Shown: one piece after another, positions 40,659-50,123 of the stretch
Layout of the letters: each line of letters begins with the position of its first letter
Numbering within the stretch: position 1 is the first letter of the stretch
DNA from: Deltaproteobacteria bacterium
Lineage (GTDB): Bacteria; Myxococcota; Kuafuiibacteriia; Kuafuiibacteriales; Kuafuiibacteriaceae
Length of the DNA: 64,000 nucleotides
Direction of reading: 5' to 3'
NCBI GenBank assembly: GCA_040218735.1
Contig: JAVJQW010000023.1
Coordinates: 288,001-352,000 of the forward strand
Made by a program: the position numbers and the translations under genes
The notes under the pieces: model-generated
The model's database searches: none
What the model was told of the DNA's origin: nothing
Seen by the model: only the letters and a program-made list of their open reading frames with translations

Positions 40659-42605
40659 CTACGAAGTCCTCCGAGCGTCCGTCACGAACGCCGTGAGCTC
40701 GAAGTCCGCGGCCGACACGATGCGCGGCGTGCCGTCCTCGCGGATAGCGACGGCGACCGGTGTCACGTGTTCATCGGTGTCGCGTACGTCGACATGCGCG
40801 CGCAACACATCGAGCGTCGCATCGACGATCGCATCGAGCGTATCTCCGCTCGGGCGATTCGCGCGTGACTTGAGGTCGAGCAACACGTCGACCTCCTGCA
40901 CCGGCCGCCCCGCGCGCTCGATCGTGTTGGCGAGGCGGGTGAGCGCGCTCGTGAGACCGTCGCGATTCGCGGGGCGCGCCGTCACCAACGCGAGCGCCTC
41001 CGGGCCGACCGGTACGTCGAACAAATACGCCGTCCCCAACGTGGCGACCGGCTCGCGGCGGCCCTCGGCGTGCAGGACGATCGGTGCGCCTCGCGCCGCA
41101 AGGGTGCGCAGTCGTTGCAACGTGTCGGGCACCTCGGCGTGCACGGGTGCATCGAACACCTTGGAGACGACCGCTTCCTCCGACGTCGCTTGGAGCAAGC
41201 CACCTTGCACGCCGTCGGCGACCAGTGAAGCGTGCAGCGCCGCAGCGTAGGGGTCGACCGAAGCCTGAACGAACGGGTCGGCCGACTCGAGACGATCGAC
41301 GAGGCCGACGCCCTCCTGCGGGTGCGCGACCTTCGCGAAGACTTCGAGCTGTTCGAGCGAGAGGCGCACGCCGAGGGACGTGTCCGCGTGTGGCCCGCGC
41401 GGGTCCTCGCCGTGCCGCACGCCATTCACGACGTAGCCCTCGAACCTCGGATCGACGTCGCGCCGCCGCGCGAGCGCGAAGACGGCCGCCGCGAAGCTCG
41501 CGTCGCCGGCGAGCACCACCCGCGGCGGGATCGGGCGGCGGCCGAGCATGTCCAACCGCTCCGCGCGCGCCTCGATGCCTCGCCACAGCTCCGCGCCGAG
41601 GACACGCATCCGCGTGAAGTGGACGGCGGCGTCGCGGACCTCTTCGCGTCGCGGCCCGGCGATCTGCGCCGCGTCGTCGTCGCCGAGCACCTGGCCCTGC
41701 GCGTTGGCGACGAGGAACCTCAGCTGCGCGGGCGACAGGTCGGCGACCGCGTCTCGCGCCTTCACGTCGCCGACGGCGTCGAGGCGCTGCCACACCCGGA
41801 CGAACCGCCGCGCATCGACACGTCCGGCGTGACCGTGCGCGGCGATCGCGGGGGTGGCGAAGTCGGCGAAGAGGAGCTTGAGGTCCGCGAACGAGAGATC
41901 CGGCGCGATCTCGGCGACGCTCGCGAGGAACGCGTGCGCGTCGGCGAGCGCGCCGCTCAACCGCGCGAGCTCCGCTTCGTCGCCGGACTCGATCGCACGT
42001 GTCATCTGCTCGCGGACCTCGTCGAACGTTCGACCGGCGAGCGCACCCGGGATCCTCTTCGCTCCGAGATCGAACCGCAGGTGAACCGGCCCGTACGGCC
42101 GCTCGACGTCCACCGGCGCGGCGCGCCCCGAAGCCGCGAGCAGCGCCGCCGCGGCGCGCCGATCCGATCGTGCACCGAGCGCGGAGAGCCGGAGCCGACC
42201 GTTCAGCACCATCCGCACCAGGCCCCCGTCGGCGACGAGGTCCAGGCCTCCGCTCGCGAAGCCTCGCCCGAGCGCGGCCGCATCGAAGATCCCCTCGGCG
42301 ACGGGGCGTCCGCCCCCGTTTGTCAGCACCGGCGCGCCGTCGACGAAGACAAACTGCTCGGGCTCACCGCGCTCGTCCGACTGTGAGCCCCCCTGCCCGC
42401 CGTCCCGGTCGATCGACGGGAGCCAGGGCTGGTCGACGCGCCCCTCCTCGATCTGCTCGCGCTCGATCTGCTCACGCTCGATGATCTCGATCTGGCGCGG
42501 CTCGATCGGCTGCGTGACGTGGGCGTGGGCGAGCTCGTCGACGAGCTCGTGGGGCTCCGCGTGGGCGGGAACACGAACGGCGGTCTGCGGTCGGACTTCT
42601 CGCAT
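40659..42605 (-). CDS. hypothetical protein, candidate T3SS-associated substrate
   Basis: 648-aa ORF without a Sec signal; divergent from sctV; sigma54 promoter directly upstream. Confidence 0.6.
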   Translation of the reverse strand: MREVRPQTAVRVPAHAEPHELVDELAHAHVTQPIEPRQIEIIEREQIEREQIEEGRVDQPWLPSIDRDGGQGGSQSDERGEPEQFVFVDGAPVLTNGGGRPVAEGIFDAAALGRGFASGGLDLVADGGLVRMVLNGRLRLSALGARSDRRAAAALLAASGRAAPVDVERPYGPVHLRFDLGAKRIPGALAGRTFDEVREQMTRAIESGDEAELARLSGALADAHAFLASVAEIAPDLSFADLKLLFADFATPAIAAHGHAGRVDARRFVRVWQRLDAVGDVKARDAVADLSPAQLRFLVANAQGQVLGDDDAAQIAGPRREEVRDAAVHFTRMRVLGAELWRGIEARAERLDMLGRRPIPPRVVLAGDASFAAAVFALARRRDVDPRFEGYVVNGVRHGEDPRGPHADTSLGVRLSLEQLEVFAKVAHPQEGVGLVDRLESADPFVQASVDPYAAALHASLVADGVQGGLLQATSEEAVVSKVFDAPVHAEVPDTLQRLRTLAARGAPIVLHAEGRREPVATLGTAYLFDVPVGPEALALVTARPANRDGLTSALTRLANTIERAGRPVQEVDVLLDLKSRANRPSGDTLDAIVDATLDVLRAHVDVRDTDEHVTPVAVAIREDGTPRIVSAADFELTAFVTDARRTS

Positions 42606-42621
42606 GGCGCGCCGTCGGTTC

Positions 42622-42636
42622 GCACGACACGTGCCA
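42622..42636 (-). promoter_or_regulatory. sigma54 -24/-12 promoter (TGGCACGTGTCGTGC)
   Basis: GG-N10-GC with TGGCACG, 16 nt upstream of the 648-aa ORF start. Confidence 0.7.
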
Positions 42637-42669
42637 GGACCCGCCCCTCGATTCCGCGTCCGTCACGGG

Positions 42670-42703
42670 CGAAACCGTCACGGAACACCGCGGAACCGTT
42701 CCG
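42670..42703. promoter_or_regulatory. putative enhancer-binding-protein sites (CGAAACCGTCACG; CGGAACCGTTCCG)
   Basis: One perfect and one degenerate palindrome centred between two divergent sigma54 promoters (33 and 34 nt away). Confidence 0.6.
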
Positions 42704-42737
42704 CGGCGCACAGGGACGACCGCCATCCGGGTCGGTG

Positions 42738-42752
42738 TGGCCCGCGACTTGC
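42738..42752 (+). promoter_or_regulatory. sigma54 -24/-12 promoter (TGGCCCGCGACTTGC)
   Basis: TGGC-N7-TTGC immediately upstream of sctV. Confidence 0.7.
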
Positions 42753-42766
42753 CAAGGGCGAGGGCC

Positions 42767-44899
42767 ATGCTCGCGTACCTTCGTCAGGCCCGCATCGGAA
42801 GGCCCGGGGACGTCGCCGTCGCCGGCTTCATGCTCCTCGCGCTGTCGGTGATGCTCGTCCCGCTCCCCGCGGCCGCGCTCGACGTGCTCATCGCGATCAA
42901 CCTGATCGCCGCGCTGACGTTGCTCCTCCTCGCGATCCACATCCCCACGCCGTCGCGCCTCGCGTCGTTCCCCTCGATCCTCCTCCTCACGACGCTGCTC
43001 CGCCTGTCGCTGAACGTCGCGTCCACGCGGCTGATCCTCGCGAGTGGACAAGGGAGCGCGATCGTCACCGCGTTCGCCACGCTGGTGACCGGCGGCGACC
43101 TCTTCGTCGGGCTGATCCTCTTCGTCATCGTCACGGTCGTGCAGTTCATGGTCATCGCGAAGGGCTCGGAGCGCGTCGCCGAAGTCGCCGCGCGTTTCAC
43201 GCTCGACGCGATGCCGGGCAAGCAGATGTCGATCGACGCCGACCTCCGCAGCGGCAACATCGAGTTCGACGAAGGCGCCCGCCGCCGCGAAGGCCTACAG
43301 GTCGAGTCGCAGCTCTACGGCGCGATGGACGGCGCGATGAAGTTCGTGAAGGGCGACGCCGTCGCGGGGCTGATCATCACGGCGATCAACCTGGTGGGCG
43401 GCATCATCATCGGCGTCAGCCGCCTCGACATGTCCGCGGCCGAAGCCGGTAGCACGTTCGCCGCGCTCACCGTCGGCGACGGTCTCGTCTCGCAGATCCC
43501 CGCGATGCTGATCTCCGTCGCGGCCGGCTTCATGACCACCGCGGTCAACGAAGGTGAGCAGAACCTCGGCGCGCGCCTCGAGCAGCAGCTCCGCGCCTTC
43601 CCGCGCGCCCCGGCGGTGGCCGGCGCGTTCCTCGTCGTGCTCGCGTTCGTGCCCGGGATGCCCGGGTGGGTGCTCGCGACCGTGGGCATCGCGACGGTCG
43701 CGGGCGCCGTGCACCTCATCCGCCGCGAGACCCTGAAGGCGTTCGACGACGAGGACGAAGCGCCCGCCGAGCCGGAGGTCACCAAGGCCGAAGTGAAGAT
43801 CGCGCGGATGCAGCGCGCGACGGCGGACCGGATGCTCCCGATGGTCACGCCCGTCCTCATCGAGTTCTCGAAGAACCTCGAAGGGCTCCTCGGCGACCCC
43901 CGCGGGCGCTTCGTCCGCGATCTGATCCCAGAGATGCGGAACGGGCTCTTCTTCGAGCTCGGGATGCGCTTTCCGAACGTCCGCATGCGCGTGAACCCGT
44001 GGCTCGAGGAGTCGGACTGCTACGTCGTCTACATCAACGAGATCCCCGGCCCGGTGCGCAAGCTCCGGCGCGATCGCATCCTCGTGAACGAGTCGCCGAA
44101 CCGCCTCCGTGCGTTCAACGTCCGCGGCGAACCCGTCGAGAACCCCGCGACCGGCACGACGTGCGCGTGGGTCGAGCCGAAGTACCGCGCCGTGCTGGAG
44201 CGTGCGTGTTTCGAGTGCTGGAGCGGTGAAGAGTTCGTGATCCTCGACCTCGCGGAGCAGATGCGTCGCAACGCGTCGCGGTTCCTGAGCGTGCACGACG
44301 TGAAGGAGATGTTGAATCACCTCCAGTCCGCGTTCCCGGCGCTCGTCGACGAGATCGTCCCGCGCCTGATCTCCGTCCCGCAGCTCACCGACGTGCTGAG
44401 GCGGCTGGTGAGCGAGAGCATCTCCATCCGCGACCAGAAGTCGATCCTGCAGTCCATCGCCGAGTGGGCGCCGGTCTTGTCGCGCCCCGAGGACCTCGTC
44501 GCCGCCGTACGACGGGACCTACGCGACTACATCACTTACAAGTACGCCGGCGTCGGCGAGAGCCTCGCCGCTTACGTCCTCGATCCCCTCATCGAAGACA
44601 CCGTCCGCGGCGGCATCCTCGAGGGACCGGAGGGCCGCGTGCTCGCCCTCGACCCGGACCTCGTGAACGTCATCGTCCGCGCCGTGCGCAACGCCGTCGA
44701 GGGGACGCGCCACCGCGACCAGCTCGGGCCGGTGTTCCTGACGAGCTCTTCGGTGCGCCCGTTCATTCGCCGGCTGCTGGAGTTCGAGTGTCCGCGCCTG
44801 CGTGTCGTCTCCTACGACGAGCTGCGCCCCAACGTGGTCGTCGAACCGCTCGGACGCGTGAGCATCGACGACGAGATGGGTGAGGTGGTGGCGGCATGA
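42767..44899 (+). CDS. sctV: type III secretion export gate SctV (LcrD/FlhA, FHIPEP family)
   Basis: FPSILLLTTLLRLSLNVASTRLIL; KGSERVAEVAARFTLDAMPGKQMSIDADL; LYGAMDGAMKFVKGD; GDGLVSQIPA; LVSESISIRD; VVSYDEL. Confidence 0.92.
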   Translation: MLAYLRQARIGRPGDVAVAGFMLLALSVMLVPLPAAALDVLIAINLIAALTLLLLAIHIPTPSRLASFPSILLLTTLLRLSLNVASTRLILASGQGSAIVTAFATLVTGGDLFVGLILFVIVTVVQFMVIAKGSERVAEVAARFTLDAMPGKQMSIDADLRSGNIEFDEGARRREGLQVESQLYGAMDGAMKFVKGDAVAGLIITAINLVGGIIIGVSRLDMSAAEAGSTFAALTVGDGLVSQIPAMLISVAAGFMTTAVNEGEQNLGARLEQQLRAFPRAPAVAGAFLVVLAFVPGMPGWVLATVGIATVAGAVHLIRRETLKAFDDEDEAPAEPEVTKAEVKIARMQRATADRMLPMVTPVLIEFSKNLEGLLGDPRGRFVRDLIPEMRNGLFFELGMRFPNVRMRVNPWLEESDCYVVYINEIPGPVRKLRRDRILVNESPNRLRAFNVRGEPVENPATGTTCAWVEPKYRAVLERACFECWSGEEFVILDLAEQMRRNASRFLSVHDVKEMLNHLQSAFPALVDEIVPRLISVPQLTDVLRRLVSESISIRDQKSILQSIAEWAPVLSRPEDLVAAVRRDLRDYITYKYAGVGESLAAYVLDPLIEDTVRGGILEGPEGRVLALDPDLVNVIVRAVRNAVEGTRHRDQLGPVFLTSSSVRPFIRRLLEFECPRLRVVSYDELRPNVVVEPLGRVSIDDEMGEVVAA

Positions 44900-45267
44900 C
44901 CATCGACAAACTCCCCCGACGCGAAGTCACCATCGGACTCGCGGACGTCTCCTTCCCCGAAAAGCTCCTCGAAGCGCTCGGCCCCGCGGGCGTCACGCGC
45001 CCGGAGGTGAACCCGGTCGCGCGCCACGAGGCGGTGCGTTTCGTGAATGGACTGTCACGCCGCTCGGGGGCGACCGGGGGCTTCGGTCCACCGCCCGAGA
45101 CCGCGCACCGACGTGAAGCCATCGAGGCTTTCCTCGCGGGCGCGGATCGCGGCGGTGTCGGCGAACCGGAGCGACGCCTGATCGCGCTGCTCGAGGAGCG
45201 GCGACAGGACGTCCGCGGCGTGCAGGTCGCGATGATGCAGAACGGTCTGACGACGAGGGAGATCTGA
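44896..45267 (+). CDS. hypothetical protein, possible SctX-like
   Basis: 123 aa; ATGA-coupled to sctV; precedes a small TPR protein; assignment by size and position only. Confidence 0.45.
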   Translation: MTIDKLPRREVTIGLADVSFPEKLLEALGPAGVTRPEVNPVARHEAVRFVNGLSRRSGATGGFGPPPETAHRREAIEAFLAGADRGGVGEPERRLIALLEERRQDVRGVQVAMMQNGLTTREI

Positions 45268-45268
45268 G

Positions 45269-45727
45269 TTGCGTCGCCGAAACCCATCCCCGCGATCCCG
45301 CCCCTCACCCGCAGCCCGTCCGCGTCCCGTGACGCCCCCCCGCGACGATACCGTGCCCCCCTCGGTGCGACGTGTCTGTGAAGCTCAGCTCCGGGCGATC
45401 GAGCGCATCGGCTACGACTACTACCAGTCGGACCGCTTCGACCGCGCACGCACCGTGTTCGAGGGGCTTCACGCCCTGGCGGCGCGCCGCGTCTATCCGC
45501 TCCGTGGGCTCGCGGAGACCTGCCTCGCGCTCGGCGACGGCCCCGCCGCCCTCCGCGCCGCGAACGGTGTCGTCGCGCTCGCGTCCGACGACGGCGGCGC
45601 GTACTGCCTCCGCGGGCGGGTACTCCTCGCTGCGAACCGCTCCGGCGACGCCAAGAACGATCTGATTCGCGCAGCGCGCCTCGGCGACGACCTCGCAGAG
45701 GCGCTGCTCCTCACCCTCCCCCGCTGA
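45269..45727 (+). CDS. small TPR protein, T3SS chaperone (SctY/SycD-like)
   Basis: IGYDYYQSDRFDRARTVFEGL..GLAETCL..AYCLRGRVLL TPR pattern; start uncertain. Confidence 0.7.
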   Translation: MRRRNPSPRSRPSPAARPRPVTPPRDDTVPPSVRRVCEAQLRAIERIGYDYYQSDRFDRARTVFEGLHALAARRVYPLRGLAETCLALGDGPAALRAANGVVALASDDGGAYCLRGRVLLAANRSGDAKNDLIRAARLGDDLAEALLLTLPR

Positions 45728-45814
45728 GTTGCGGAACGGACGCGAAACAGTTTCGCCCGCGAACCCACCGAAACGCCGCAACACACGACCGCATCGCCTG
45801 GCACGGAAAGTGAT
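45728..45814 (+). promoter_or_regulatory. enhancer palindrome (GTTGCGGAAC-N5-CGAAACAGTTTCG) plus sigma54-like promoter (TGGCACGGAAAGTGAT)
   Basis: Same layout as 51204-51289; the -12 element is GA instead of GC. Confidence 0.6.
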
Positions 45815-45826
45815 TTACCGAAAGTC

Positions 45827-46726
45827 ATGCAGCGCGATGAGTTCTCGATCGAACAGCTCGGCATCGGCGCTCCGACGCATGGGTTCCGCTGGATGACCTT
45901 CCCCCTCTACCAGCGCCACCTCGCGGGCCTTGGAATGCCCGGCGAGCGTGTCTCGGTGATCGCGATCGGCGCGCGCGTCGGCGTGCAGCCGATCGGTCTG
46001 CTCGTCGCCGAGCGACCCGCGACGGGGCCGGCGCGGCTCGTCTCCGTCGCCGTCCGCCCGGGGCACCGCCAGCGCGGCTGCGCGCGCAGCATGTTCTTGG
46101 AGCTCGAGTCGGTCCTTGGCTCCCAGGACGTGCCCCAGCTCGTCGCGGGCGGCGCCGACGCGGTGCTCACGACCGAGATCCGCGCGCTGCTCGGACGCGT
46201 CGGTTTTGGGCCCCTCACCCCCGCCGGGCAGTGCATCGAGCTCGAGAGCGAACGGCTCGGACCCCTCGTCACGCGGCGCGAGCGTTGGCTCCCAAGCGGT
46301 TACTCGGCGGTCCCCTGGACCTCGCTGACCGCTCAACGGCGCGGTGCGCTCCGCGCGACGCTCACTTACCCGGAGTCGCTCTCACCGTTCCGCCACGAAG
46401 CACAGATCGAACCCACGACGAGCCTCGCGCTCCTCGCGAACGACCAAGTCGTCGGCTGGGCGATCGGCCACCGCATCAACGCCGACATCGTGCACTACGC
46501 GACGATCTTCGTCCGCGAGGACCTCCAGAACCTCGGCCTCGGCGCGGGGCTCTTCTTCACCGCGCTCGCGCGGCACTGCACGAGCCCCAAGACCCGTCGC
46601 GCGCGGGGGCGCTTCCTGGTGCGCGACGAGAGCGCCCGAATGCGGCGCCTCCTCGAGCGCCGCATTCACCCGTACGCCTCGCGGCGCGCGGCCTACTTCG
46701 AAGCTGCGAAAGACCTCACCGTCTGA
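45827..46726 (+). CDS. tandem-GNAT acetyltransferase
   Basis: Two acetyl-CoA loops: VAVRPGHRQRGCA and IFVREDLQNLGLG. Confidence 0.8.
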   Translation: MQRDEFSIEQLGIGAPTHGFRWMTFPLYQRHLAGLGMPGERVSVIAIGARVGVQPIGLLVAERPATGPARLVSVAVRPGHRQRGCARSMFLELESVLGSQDVPQLVAGGADAVLTTEIRALLGRVGFGPLTPAGQCIELESERLGPLVTRRERWLPSGYSAVPWTSLTAQRRGALRATLTYPESLSPFRHEAQIEPTTSLALLANDQVVGWAIGHRINADIVHYATIFVREDLQNLGLGAGLFFTALARHCTSPKTRRARGRFLVRDESARMRRLLERRIHPYASRRAAYFEAAKDLTV

Positions 46727-46776
46727 CGCTCCCGTCCACCTCGAAACCCATGCCTTCGGCAGAAAGAGAGTAACCC

Positions 46777-47397
46777 ATGTCCAACCCGCGCAACGTCAAC
46801 AGCAACCCCCAGGTCCGGGCGCAGAACCTCAACTGGCGTCCCAACCAGATGCACGACGGTGGGTACTCCACCGTCGACTGGGCGACGCTTCCCGCCTCGA
46901 CGCCCGCGATCAACGACCGCGTCCTGCTCTACCTCATCCTCAAAGCGATGAAGGACGGCGCGCTCGACGATCTGCGCTCCCTGGAGAAGACCATCTCGGA
47001 GAACAACCAGAAGAAGGCCGTGCTGCGCGACATCCGCAAGGCGGTCAGCAACGGCGTGTCCACGGACAAGGACGGCAAACACAAGTTCGAGAAGGGGAAG
47101 GTCGGGACCATCCAGTACCAAAACCCCGACACCGGCAAGACCGAGACGCTCGACTACGCCGGCATGCAGTCGCTGTACAAGCAACTCACGGGCGAGAGCC
47201 TCGACGGAACCAACGCGCAGGTCCTGACCAACATCGACAACGACATCTCCACGCTCGGTGACTTCGGACAGGAGCTCGCGACGAAGATGCAGCTGTACAA
47301 CCAGCGATTCACGGAGGCGAGCGATCTGCTCACCGGCATCCTCAACTCATGGCACGGCGCCATCAAGAAGATCATCGGCAACATCGGGCAGGCCTAG
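46777..47397 (+). CDS. putative T3SS tip/filament protein (EspA/SseB/Bsp22-like)
   Basis: Helical 206-aa protein; C-terminus ISTLGDFGQELATKMQLYNQRFTEASDLLTGILNSWHGAIKKIIGNI resembles tip/filament protein termini. Confidence 0.6.
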   Translation: MSNPRNVNSNPQVRAQNLNWRPNQMHDGGYSTVDWATLPASTPAINDRVLLYLILKAMKDGALDDLRSLEKTISENNQKKAVLRDIRKAVSNGVSTDKDGKHKFEKGKVGTIQYQNPDTGKTETLDYAGMQSLYKQLTGESLDGTNAQVLTNIDNDISTLGDFGQELATKMQLYNQRFTEASDLLTGILNSWHGAIKKIIGNIGQA

Positions 47398-47399
47398 TC

Positions 47400-48134
47400 A
47401 TGAATGGTTCTCAACCGATCCAACGTTCGCCGCGCCTGGCGCCGGTGCTCCCGACGGAGCGGTTCGGTGCGTCGCGCATCGACGACGCAGCGCCGGGCGC
47501 GACCGGTCCGCAGGGCGCGAGTCACGACGTGCGCCTCCCGCGCGCGAGTCACACGGGCTCGGACCCCGCCGAGACGCTCGCGGCGGTCGACGCGGAGTAC
47601 GGCGCGCTGATGCGCAGCGCACGCGCCGCCGCCGGCAGCCTCGACGGTGACACGGTCGACATCCACCGGATCCTGATGACGGTCGCGCGCGAGACGCGAC
47701 TCGACCAGCAGGGGAGCCTGGAGCAAGCGCAGTCGACGATCGACACCAACCGCCGGCTGCGGGACCAGATCTACGAGCGCGTCCAGGAGATCCAGGAGGA
47801 GCTGCAGAAGCTCCAAGAGGAGATCGCGGACCTGAAGGCGGAGATCGACGGGCACAACTTCTTCGAGAAGGCGGGTGAAGGCATCTCCTCCGCGTTCGGC
47901 GGTGGGAAGGGCAAGGACCTTCAGAAGAAGCAGGCGTCGATGACCATCAAACAGGGCAAGCTCAAGGAGGCCGAAGCCCGCCTCGAAGACGCCAAGAAAC
48001 TCATCGAGCACGGGCACGATCTCATGGAGTCGAGCATCAACGATCTCAAGAAGATCGTGGAGCGCATCAACGCCTCGATCCAGCTCGTTAAAGACGCCGT
48101 CAACAAGGAAACGAACGCCGTCGGGCGTTCCTGA
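47400..48134 (+). CDS. coiled-coil putative T3SS substrate / translocon component
   Basis: Disordered N-terminus, long heptad repeats around a short FFEKAGEGISSAFGGG segment. Confidence 0.6.
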   Translation: MNGSQPIQRSPRLAPVLPTERFGASRIDDAAPGATGPQGASHDVRLPRASHTGSDPAETLAAVDAEYGALMRSARAAAGSLDGDTVDIHRILMTVARETRLDQQGSLEQAQSTIDTNRRLRDQIYERVQEIQEELQKLQEEIADLKAEIDGHNFFEKAGEGISSAFGGGKGKDLQKKQASMTIKQGKLKEAEARLEDAKKLIEHGHDLMESSINDLKKIVERINASIQLVKDAVNKETNAVGRS

Positions 48135-48145
48135 GGAGGTTCGAT

Positions 48146-48928
48146 ATGACCGTTCAGTCCCTCGACCACAAACCCATCTCCGTGCGCGCGCCGGAGGACG
48201 CCCTCGCAAACGACGACGCGCGCGTCGGGAGTGAGCCGGAGCTCTCGCTCGGGCCCGTCCATCCGATCGCGTCGGCGCGTACGTCGTCGGCGGAGGAGCT
48301 CACGGCGCTGATGCGTCAGGTGCAGAGCTTCGCGACACAGGCGCTGAGCGACCCGAACAGCGTCTTCGAGAACGCCGGAGAGATCATCAACGTGATCGAG
48401 AAACTCATGGTGCTGCTCGCCAAGGAGGAGCGGAAGGCTCGGCACGACCGCTTCTCCGCGAAGATGACGAAGCTGGTCCAGCGCATCGAAAAGATGCTCG
48501 CGGCGGCTCAGAAGACGCTGGAGGCCGGACAGAAGGAGCTCGACGCGATCTCCAAGAAGTCCGGGTGGCAGATCGCGTTCGCGGTGCTCGCGGTGATCAT
48601 CATCGCCGTCGCGATTGCGGCGGCGGTCGCGACCGGGGGGGCCGCCGCGTTGATGGTCGGCGCCGCGCTCGCCGCGGTGATGCCGGTGCTCGGCACGGCG
48701 GCCGGTGAGCTGCACGCGCGCGGCGACACGAAGGACAAGCAGGCGCTGAACGAGGAGTCGGCGGATCTCAACGCGATGGCGAGTGAGCTCGAGAAGCTCA
48801 TGGAGAACGAGTCCGAGCTGTCCGCCGAAGCAAAAGAGCTCCTGCGGAAGCTGCTCGAGATCCTCATGAAGATCTTCGAGAAGCTCAACGCCTCGCGGCG
48901 CAAGGCCACGGACGGGATGACGTCATGA
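48146..48928 (+). CDS. putative hydrophobic T3SS translocator (SctE/SctB-like)
   Basis: GAGGAGG RBS; coiled coil + hydrophobic hairpin IAFAVLAVIIIAVAIAAAVATGGAAALMVGAALAAV + coiled coil; no Sec signal. Confidence 0.7.
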   Translation: MTVQSLDHKPISVRAPEDALANDDARVGSEPELSLGPVHPIASARTSSAEELTALMRQVQSFATQALSDPNSVFENAGEIINVIEKLMVLLAKEERKARHDRFSAKMTKLVQRIEKMLAAAQKTLEAGQKELDAISKKSGWQIAFAVLAVIIIAVAIAAAVATGGAAALMVGAALAAVMPVLGTAAGELHARGDTKDKQALNEESADLNAMASELEKLMENESELSAEAKELLRKLLEILMKIFEKLNASRRKATDGMTS

Positions 48929-50109
48929 CGGTCGCTTTGAACGTCCACCGGCCGTCCGTCGTCGCGCTCGGGCAGACCTCGGATCCCGTCGCATCGGATC
49001 GTGGCACCGAGTCGCTGGGGCCGGTGCGCCGGCTCGACGCGGATCGGAGCGTCAACCGGGACGTCTCGCTGCTCCTCGCCCTCGCGCTCGCCGAGAGCAC
49101 GCGCGAGCTGGCGAGGATGCGGCGAACCACGGCGCGTGCGTTCCTCGAGGGGCAGGTCGCGCTCCTCACCGGGATGATTCGGCTGGAGCCGAGCGTCGCG
49201 GCATTCCTCGAGGACACACGCTTCCTGGAGACGATGGCGATGTCGGCCGTGAGCCTGGCTTCGACGGGCGCGGGCGCGAAGAAGCCGTTGAAGTCAAAGC
49301 TCCCGAAGAAGGCGCAGGCGAAGATCGACGCGGCGACGAGGCCGTTCGAGCTTTCGCGACACCTGAAGACACTCGCGGCGAAGCCCGCGGTCGCGAAGCG
49401 GCTCGGGCGTTTCCACGCGGTCCGCGACGAGCTGGTCCGCCGCAACCCCCGCGCGCGACATCTCTTCGAGCGACTCGCAAGCCAGGTTGCGCCGAACCAG
49501 CGGCTCGACGTTCGGGACTGGACGATCGAGGGGGCGCCTCTCCGGGGCCAGGCAACCTCCGAGCAGATGGCGCGTGACGTCTTCGGCGACGCGCCGACGA
49601 AGCGTCAGATCCAGCTCGTCGAGGAGGCTGCTTCGATCCTCGCGCGGGGCGGCGATCCCATCTACGGCACGGCCGGGCGCATGACGAAACTCATGACGCG
49701 CGATGAGTTGGCCACGAAGCTCGAGACGCGACGCCCGTTCTGGGCGCGTGAATCGGACGCCGCGGACACCGCCAGGATCGTGGAGGCGATTCGCACCCGG
49801 AAGGTGGACCTGTCGCTGCCCTTGAAGGACGTCGACGGCACGCCGAAGAAGGTCGACCACGCGAAGGCGAAGGACCTCCTCGGTAACGCGGCGAGCCACC
49901 TCGAGAAGACGTGGCAGGACGGGTGGTCGAAGGAGGAGGCCGAGATGCCGGAGGGGCTCCACGGAGTCACCGAAGGTGAACGCGCCATCCTCGACGCTTG
50001 GTACGCCGAGCTCATGTCGGCACAGCTCGATCTCATTCGGTGGTCGGGACGTTTCGGAGATCTGCTCGCGGACGTCGCAGACATCGGGATGGGTATTTCG
50101 GACGAATGA
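48925..50109 (+). CDS. hypothetical protein in translocon operon
   Basis: 394 aa; ATGA-coupled to the translocator gene; helical. Confidence 0.6.
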   Translation: MTVALNVHRPSVVALGQTSDPVASDRGTESLGPVRRLDADRSVNRDVSLLLALALAESTRELARMRRTTARAFLEGQVALLTGMIRLEPSVAAFLEDTRFLETMAMSAVSLASTGAGAKKPLKSKLPKKAQAKIDAATRPFELSRHLKTLAAKPAVAKRLGRFHAVRDELVRRNPRARHLFERLASQVAPNQRLDVRDWTIEGAPLRGQATSEQMARDVFGDAPTKRQIQLVEEAASILARGGDPIYGTAGRMTKLMTRDELATKLETRRPFWARESDAADTARIVEAIRTRKVDLSLPLKDVDGTPKKVDHAKAKDLLGNAASHLEKTWQDGWSKEEAEMPEGLHGVTEGERAILDAWYAELMSAQLDLIRWSGRFGDLLADVADIGMGISDE

Positions 50110-50123
50110 AGGAGGCCTACGAA

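Noticed and set aside
42767-44899. Interpretation as flagellar flhA
   Set aside because: No flagellar genes nearby, while a SycD-like chaperone and translocator-like genes are; only a phylogeny can settle it formally.
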